NCBI RefSeq assembly: GCF_009914755.1
Contig: NC_060947.1
Length of the DNA: 64,000 nt
Source of the DNA: the human T2T-CHM13v2.0 reference genome, Homo sapiens
Strand: one strand, 5' to 3'
Positions 55,065 through 64,000 of this stretch are shown here, in pieces. The notes under the pieces were generated by a model. It searched no databases and was not told the origin of the DNA. It worked only from the letters and a program-made list of their open reading frames with translations. Position 1 is the stretch's first letter. The number at the start of each line of letters is the position of its first letter. A program made the translations under genes and the position numbers.

Positions 55065-55232
55065 ATCAAGGATTGGCAAACTATGCCTATGGGCCAAATA
55101 TGGCCCACTGACTTTTTATGAATGAAGTTTTATTGGAACACATTCATGTCAATTTGTAGTCTATGGCTGTTTTGTACAATGCTGAGTTGGAGTAGTTGTG
55201 ACATAGGTCATATAGCATGCAAAGCCTACATT
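55065..55232. mobile_element. MER58-like hAT fragment
   Basis: GGCAAACTATG...GGGCCAAAT..GGCCCACTG...AAGTTTTATTGGAACAC. Confidence 0.7.
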
Positions 55233-55239
55233 TATTTAA

Positions 55240-58200
55240 ATTTATTTTTAAAGACTTTATTTATTAGAGCAATGTTAGATTAACAGCAAAATTGAAAGGA
55301 AGGTTCAAAGATTTCCCATATAACCCCTACCACCACATGCATAGCCACCTCCATTATCAACATCCCCCACCAGAGTAGTACATTTGTTAGAATCTGTGAA
55401 TCAGCATCAACATATATTTATCATCCAAAGTCCATAGTTTCTATTAGCATTCACTATTGGTGTTGTACAGTCTGTAGGTTTGGATGAATATATAATGACT
55501 TGTATCCACCATTACAATCTCATATAGAATATTTTTGCTGCCCTAAAACTCCTCTGTGTTCTACCTGTTCATCTCTCCCTCTCCACAACTCTTGGAAACT
55601 ATTGATTTTTTTTGTTTTTTTTTACTGTTTCCATAGTTTGCCTCTTCCAGAATGTCATATAGTTGGAATGATACAGTATGTAACCTTTGCAGATTGGCTT
55701 CTTTCACTTAGTAATATGCATTTAAGATTCCTCCATGTCGTTTCATGGCTTGATAACTCATTTCTTATTAGTGTTGAATAATATTCCATTTTCTGGATGT
55801 ACCACAGTTTATTTATACACTCACTCACTGAAAGACATCTTGGTTGCTTCCAAATTTTGGTTGTTATGAATAAAGCTGCTATAAACATCCATGTGCAAGT
55901 TTTTGTGTGGACGTAGGTTTTCACCTTATTTGGCTAAATACCAAGGACTGAGATTGTTGGATCATGTGGTAAGAGTATATTTAGTTTTGTAAGAAACTGC
56001 CAAAGTGTTTTCAAAAGTAGCTGTACTATTTTGTGTTTCCAGCAGAAATGACTGAGAGTTCCTGTTGCTCTACATCCTTGCTAGAATTTGGTGAGGCCAG
56101 TGTTCTGGATTTTGGCCATTGGAAAAGTCTGTAGTGGTATTTCATTGTTTTAATTTGCACATCTCTGATGACATATAGTGTGGAGCATCTTTTTGTATGT
56201 TTATTTGCCATCTATATATCTTCTTTGGTGAGGTGTCTGTTCAGGTCTTTAGCCCTTTTTTTGAGATGCTTGCTTTCTTATTGTTTAATTTTAAATAATT
56301 TTTGTGTATTTTAGATTACAGCTCTTTATCATGTGTCTTTTGCAAATATTTTCTTTCAGCATGTGGCCTTTTTATTCTCTTGATAGTGTCTTTAGCAGAG
56401 CAACTTTTTTATTTTAATGAAGTCCAGCTTATTAATTCTTTCTTTCATGGATTGTGTCTTTGGTGTTCCATCTAAAAAGCCATCACCAAACCCAAGGTTA
56501 TCTGGATTTTCACATATGTTACATTCTGGGAGTTATACAGTTTTGTGTTTTATATTTAGGTGTGTAATCCATTTTGAGTTAATTTTTATGAAGGGTGTAA
56601 GGTCTGTGTCTAGATTTATATTTTTTGCATGTGGATATCCATTTGTTCCAGAACCATTTGTAAAAATGATGATCCTTCCTAGCACTTCGGGAGGCCGAGG
56701 CCAGTGGATCACCTGAGGTCAGGAGTTCGAGACGAGCTTGGCCAACATGGTGAAACCCTGTCTCTACTAAAAATACAAAAACTAGCCAGGTGTGATGACA
56801 TGCGCCTGTAATGCCAGCTACTCAAGAGGCTGAGGCAGGAAAATTGCTTGAACCCAGGAGGTGGAGGTTGCAGTGAGCCAAGATTGCATCACTGCATTCC
56901 AGCCTGGGAGACAGAGCAAGACTCCGTCTTTAAAAACAAAATAAAACAAAACAAAACAAAACAAAACAAACAAGGTCTTTTCTCCATGGTATTGCATTTA
57001 CCCCTTTGTCAAAGATCAGGAGATTTTATTTATGTAGGTCTATTTCTATTTCCAGGTTCTCTATTTTTTCCACTGATCTGTTTGTCTATTATTTCATCAA
57101 TATCACAGTGTCTTGATTATTGTTGCTTTATAGTAAGTCTTGAAATTGGCTAGTGTCAGTCCTCTAACATTGTTCTTTTTCAATATTGTGGTGTTCTGGT
57201 TATTTTGCCTCTCCATAAAAACTTTAGAACGAGTTTGTTGATATCCACAAAGTAATTTGCTGGGATTTTGATTGGGATTGCATTGAATCTATGGATTGGG
57301 AAGAACTGACATCGTGATAATATTGGGTCTTCCTATCCATGAACATGGAACACCTTTCCATTTATGTAGTTCTTCTTTGATTTCATCAGAATTTTGTAGT
57401 TTTCCTCATATAAATCTTCTACATATTTTGTTAGATTTCCACGTAAGTATTTCATGCTAATGTAAATGGGATTTCCACTTAAGTATTTCGTGCTAATGTA
57501 AATGGGATTGTGTTAGTAATTTCAAATTCCACTTGTTCATTGCTGCTTTATAGAAAACTGATTGACTTTTGTATATTCACCTTGTGTCCTTCGACTTTCC
57601 TATAATTGCTTATTAGCTCCAGCTTTTCCGTTGATTCTTTCAGATTTTCTGCATAAACAATCATGTAACTGATGAACAAAAACAATGTTATTTCATCCTT
57701 CCAAATTAGTATTCCTTTTGTTTCATTTTCTTGTCTCATTGCATTAGCTAGGACGTCCAGTATGTTATTGAAAGGATGACAAGAGGGTCATCCTTGCTCA
57801 TGGACATCCTTGCCCTGTTCCTGATTTTAATGGGAAAGATTCTATTTTCTTACCATTAAACATGATGTTAGTTACAGGGCTTTTAAAATAGAAATTCTTA
57901 TTACATTAAGGAAGTTCCCCTCATTTCCTAAGATTTCTAAAATTTTAAAAAAATTATGAATAGATGTTGGATTTTGTCAGATGTTTTATTTGCATCTAAT
58001 GATATGATCATGTGATTTTTCTTCTGTAGCCTGTTGATGGTATGGATTACATTAATTGATATTCTAATGTTGTACCAGCCTTGTATACCTGGAATAAATC
58101 TCACTTGATTGAGGTTTATACTTATTTTTATACATTGGGTTTGATTTGCTAGTATTTTTTTGAGAATTTTTGCATCTATGTTCATTAGAGATATTGATCT

Positions 58201-58465
58201 ATAGTTTTCTTCTCTTGTAGTGTCTTTGCCTGGTTTTTGGTATTAGGGTGATGCTGGCCTGATAGAATGTGTTAGGAAGTATTTCCTCTGCTTCTATAAT
58301 TTGAAAGAGATTGTACAGGATTGGTATAATTTCTTCCTTAAACGTTTTGTGGAATTCACCAGTGAACCCATCAGGGCCTGGTGATTTCTGTTTTGGAAGG
58401 TTATTAGTCATTGATTCAATATCATCAATAGATATAGCCCTATTCAGATTGTTTATTTCTTTTTC
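55240..58465 (-). mobile_element. Old L1M 3' UTR plus ORF2
   Basis: Several minus-strand ORF2 fragments ([33 protein letters not shown]). Confidence 0.85.
56676..56972 (+). mobile_element. AluS (Sx-like), slightly 5'-truncated
   Basis: GGATCACCTGAGGTCAGGAGTTCGAGAC; (AAAAC)n tail. Confidence 0.88.
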
Positions 58466-58984
58466 TTAATTTTTAATTTTATTTTTTGGTTCTTTTTAAA
58501 AATTTCAATAGTGATAGGGGTACAAGTGATTTTGGGTTACATGGATGAATTATATAGTGGGGAAGTCTGAGATTTTAGTGCACCTGTCACCCAAGTACTG
58601 TGCATTGTACCCAATATGTAGTTTTTTGTCCCTAATCCTCCTCCAACTCTCCCCTCTTCTGGGTTTCCAGTGTCCATTAAGCCACTCTGTATGTCCTTGC
58701 ATACACATAGCTTAGTTCCCACTTATAAGTGAGAACATATGGTGTTTGGTTTTTCATTCCTGAGTTACTTCACTTAGAATAATGGCCTCCAGTTTCATCC
58801 AAGTTGCTGAAAATTACATTATTTCATTCTTTTTTATGGTTGAGTAGTATTCCTTGGGGTGTGTGTGTGCATATATATATATATATGGCATTTTATTTAT
58901 TCATTCATCAGTTGATGGGCACTTAGGTTGGTTCCATGTCTTCACAGTTGTGAATTGTGCTGCAATAAACATACATGTGCAGAT

Positions 58985-59368
58985 TTCTTTTCTTTTTATT
59001 TTCTTTTATTTTATTATTATTATACTTTAAGTTTTAGGGTACATGTGCACAATGTGCAGGTTTGTTACATATGTATACATGTGCCATGTTGGTGTACTGC
59101 ACCCATTAACTCATCATTTAGCATTAGGTATATCTCCTAATGCTATCCCTCCACCCTCCCACTACCTCACAACAGTCCCCGGAGTGTGATGTTCCCCTTC
59201 CTGTGTCCATGTGTTCTCGTTGTTCAATTCCCACCTATGAGTGAGAACATGTTGTGTTTGGTTTTTTTGTCCTTGCGATAGTTTGCTGAGAATGATGATT
59301 TCCAGTTTCATCCATGTCCCTACAAAGGACACGAACTCATCATTTTTTATGGCTGCATAGTATTCCAT
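58985..59368 (-). mobile_element. L1PA 3' end nested in the older L1
   Basis: L1PA 3' UTR and ORF2 C-terminus ([12 protein letters not shown]). Confidence 0.88.
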
Positions 59369-61394
59369 TATAATGGCTTCTTTTCCTTTGGGTAGATATC
59401 TAGTAATGGAATTGCTGGATCAAATGGTAGATATACTTTTAGTTATTTGAGAAATCTACATACTCCTTTCCATAAAAAGTTTTACTAATTTATGTTCTCA
59501 CCAGCAGTGTGTAAGTGTTTCTTCTTCACCACATGAGCATAGGATATATTTCCATTTGTTTGTGTCATCTATGATTTCTTTCGCCTCCTTGGTTAATACT
59601 CCTATGTATTTCATTTTATTTTTTCCAGCTGTTGCAAAAGGAAGTGAGTTATTGATTTGATTCTCAGCTTAGTCGTTGTTGGTGTATAGCAGTGCCACTG
59701 ATTTATGCATATTGATTTTATAACCTGAGACTTTACTAAATTCATTTATCAAACCTAGGAGATTTTTTGGAGGAGTCTTTGGGGTTTTCTCGGTATACAA
59801 TCATATCAGCAAACAGAGGTAGTTTGACTTCCTCTTTTCCAGTTTGGGTGCCCTTTATTTCTTTCTCTTATCTGATTGTTCTGGCTAGTATTTCCAGTAC
59901 TATGTTGAATAAAAGTGTTGAATGTGGGCATCCTTGTTGCATTCCTGTTCTCAGGGAATGATTTCAATTTTTCCTCATTCAGTATAGTGCTGGCTGCGGG
60001 GTTTTTTATGTATGGCTTTTATTATCTTGAGGTACGTCCCTTCTATACCTAGTTTGTTGAGGGTTTTTAACATAAAGGGATGATGGAATTTATCAAATGC
60101 TTTTTCTGAATCTGTTGACTTGCATGTGTTGAACCATCCCTGCATCCCTGGGATAAAACTCACTTGATAATGGCTAATTAACTTTTCAATGTTGAATTTG
60201 GTTCGCTAGTATTTTGTTGAGTATTTTTGCATCTATGTTCGTCAGGGATATGGGTGTGTTGTTTTCTTCTTCTTATCATGTCCCTTCTTGGCTTTGGTAT
60301 TGGGGAGATACTGGTTTCATAGAATGAATTAGGGCATATTTGCTCTTTCTCAGTCTTTTGAAATAGTTTCAGTAGTACCCAATTCTTCGAATGTTGGGTA
60401 GAATTTGCATGTGAATCCATCTGGCCTTGGGCTTTTTTTTTCCTGACAAATTCTGTATTACTGATTCAATATCACTGCTTGCTATTGGTCTGTTCAGGAT
60501 TTCTATTTCTGATTCAAGCTAGGAGGGATGTATGTTTTCAGGAATCTATTCATTTTCTCCAGATATTCTAGTTTGAGTGCATAGAGGTGTTCATAATAAT
60601 CTCAGATGGATTTTTTATACTTCTGTGCTGTTGGTTGTAAGTCTTCACTTTCATTTTCCATTAAGCTTATTTGAATCTTTTCTTTTTGTTTCTGGGTTAA
60701 TCTACCTAATAGTCTATTGATGTTGTCTTTTCAAAAAACAGTTTTCTGTTTCATTGATCTTTGGTATTGTGTTTTTTATTTTTTATTTTTAATTTCAGTT
60801 AGTTCTGCTCTGATCCTTGTCATTTTTTTTTCTTCTGCTAGCTTTGGGTTTGTTCTTCTTTCTCTAGTTCCTTGAGATGTGTTGTAAGTTTGTCAATTTG
60901 TGAGGTTTCAGATATTTTGCTGTAGGCATTTAGTGCTGTAAACTTTTTTCTTAGCATGGCTTCTGCTTTATTTCAGGAGTTATGATAAGTTGCATCACTG
61001 TTATCATTAATTTCAAAGAATTTTAAAATTTACATCTTGATTTTATTAACCCCAAAATTATTCAGGAGCAGATTGTTCAATTTTCATGTATTTGTATAGT
61101 TTTCAGGGTTCCTTATGTAATTGATTTCTGGTTTTATTCCGCTGTGGTTTGAGAAGATACTCTAAATGATTTTGATTTTTAAAAATTTATTGAGACTTAT
61201 TTTGTGTCCTGTTGTATGCTCAATCTTGGAGAATGTTCCGTGTGCTGACGAGAAGAAGGTATATTCTGCAGTTATTGATAGAATGTTCTGTAGATATCTG
61301 TGTAGTCCATTTGTTCTAGAGTACAGTTTAAATTCAGTGTTTCTTTGTTGAATTTCTGCCATGATGATCTGTCTAGTGCTGTCAGTGGAGTCTT

Positions 61395-61700
<306 letters not shown>

Positions 61701-61978
61701 ATGTGCTGTCAGTGGAGTCTTAAAGTCACTCACTGTTATTGTGTTGCTGTCTACTGATCTCCTCAAGTCAAGTAGTAATAGTTTTATGAATCTGGGAACT
61801 CCCGAGGTAGGTTCATACATATTTAAGATTGTAATATTTTCTTGTTGGATTGATTCTCTTATTATTATCATTACCGTTGCTGCTTTAAAATGTGCTTCAT
61901 CTGATATAATAATAGGACTTACTGCTCACTTTTGGTTGTCTTTTGCATGGAATATTGTTTTCCACCCTTTTACCTTGA

Positions 61979-62227
<249 letters not shown>

Positions 62228-63270
62228 TGATTTTTAAAATCCATTCCACCAATCTGTATCTTTTAAGAAGAGCATTTATATCACATATATTCAACATTAA
62301 TATTGAGATGTGAGGTACTACTCGAGTCATTATGTTGATTGCTACTTAGTTACATTGTTTTCTTCATTGTGTTATTCTTTCATAAGCCCTGTGAGTTTTA
62401 TGCATTCAAGAGGTTCTCTTCTGGTGCATATCGACCTTTTGTCTTAATCCTTAGAACTTTTAGCATTTCTTGTAGGGCTGGTCTTGTAGTGTCAAATGCC
62501 CTCAGCATTTGCTTGAAAAATCTTTATTTCTCCTCCATTTATAAAACATAGTATTGCTGGATAAAAATTTATTGGTCAATAGTTATTTTGTTTAAGGAAG
62601 CCAAAGCTAGGACCCCAATCCCTCCTGGCTTGTCAGGTTCCTGCTGAGAAGTCTGCTGTTTGATAGGTTTTCCTTTATAGGTTGCCTTATGCTTTTGTCT
62701 TGCTGCTCTTAGAATTCTTTTCTCCCTTAGACCCTCTTGTATTTGGATGTATAAATCTCTATCAAGGCCAGGGAGGTTTTCCTCAATTATTTCCTCAAGC
62801 AAGTTTTTCAAAGTTTTTGCTTCTTCTTCAGAACACCAGTGATTCTTAGGTTTGGCAATTGTACATAGTCCCACATTTCTTGGAGACTTTGTTCTTTTAT
62901 TTATTTATTTATTGTCTAATTGGACTAATTAAAAAACCTTTTTTGAGCTCTGAAATTCTTTCTCTTTGGTATAGTGTATTGTTAAAATTTTCCATTGCAT
63001 TTTGTAATTTCCTAAATGTGTCATTTACTTCCAAAATTTCTAATTTTTTATTCTTCATCTTTTTTTAGTATTCATGATATGTTTCTGCATTGTTTGAATT
63101 TCTTTACAATTTAGCCATATATATTCATCATTTATCTCTCTGTGTGTACACTCAGCTCCTGGCTACGTCTTTGGACGTGTCTTCCTAAGGACTAGTATGA
63201 GAACATATGAGGTGTACACCTAGGAGTGGGGTTTCTGGTTCCTTGGGGTGCTCATTCTTGATTTCCTTGA

Positions 63271-63817
<547 letters not shown>

Positions 63818-64000
63818 TAGTGATCATTCAGCATATGATAGAGCCATTATAGTATTTATACAATAATGATAACAATAATTATTCTTTGTTTGCCAACATC
63901 TATCTTCAAATCAAAATAGTGAGATACTCAATTTCTCTATAAATAGACCAGCCTAGTTTTGATAATGCATATAATGAAACATTTAATTATGTATTGTACT

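Overview
Primate genomic DNA, almost certainly human: it carries AluY and an L1 with the human-lineage ACG/A diagnostic. The window holds the 5' part of ZDHHC15, a DHHC palmitoyltransferase that is X-linked by prior knowledge, on the minus strand. Its CpG-rich promoter and coding exon 1 lie at 52566-52701, a 27-nt microexon 2 at 35510-35536 and exon 3 at 8578-8672. Most of the remaining sequence is transposon-derived: a gag-deleted HERV-L provirus with an MLT2A LTR, a three-level L1 nest, three 5'-inverted (twin-primed) L1s, an internally deleted L1PA, older L1M/L1PB copies, Alus, MLT1 solo LTRs, MIR/L2 and DNA transposon relics. I cannot show a new biological system here. The best leads are: (i) a young L1 whose inversion junction creates a new ATG and a 538-aa endonuclease-less RT ORF; (ii) an L1 deletion that places a strong acceptor in front of ORF0, in frame with ZDHHC15 exon 1; (iii) the splicing architecture of the microexon; (iv) a ~1.7 kb decayed repeat array with co-oriented RBPJ-type motifs in intron 1; (v) two short local duplications. 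Repeat subfamily names and old-repeat boundaries are by eye and approximate.
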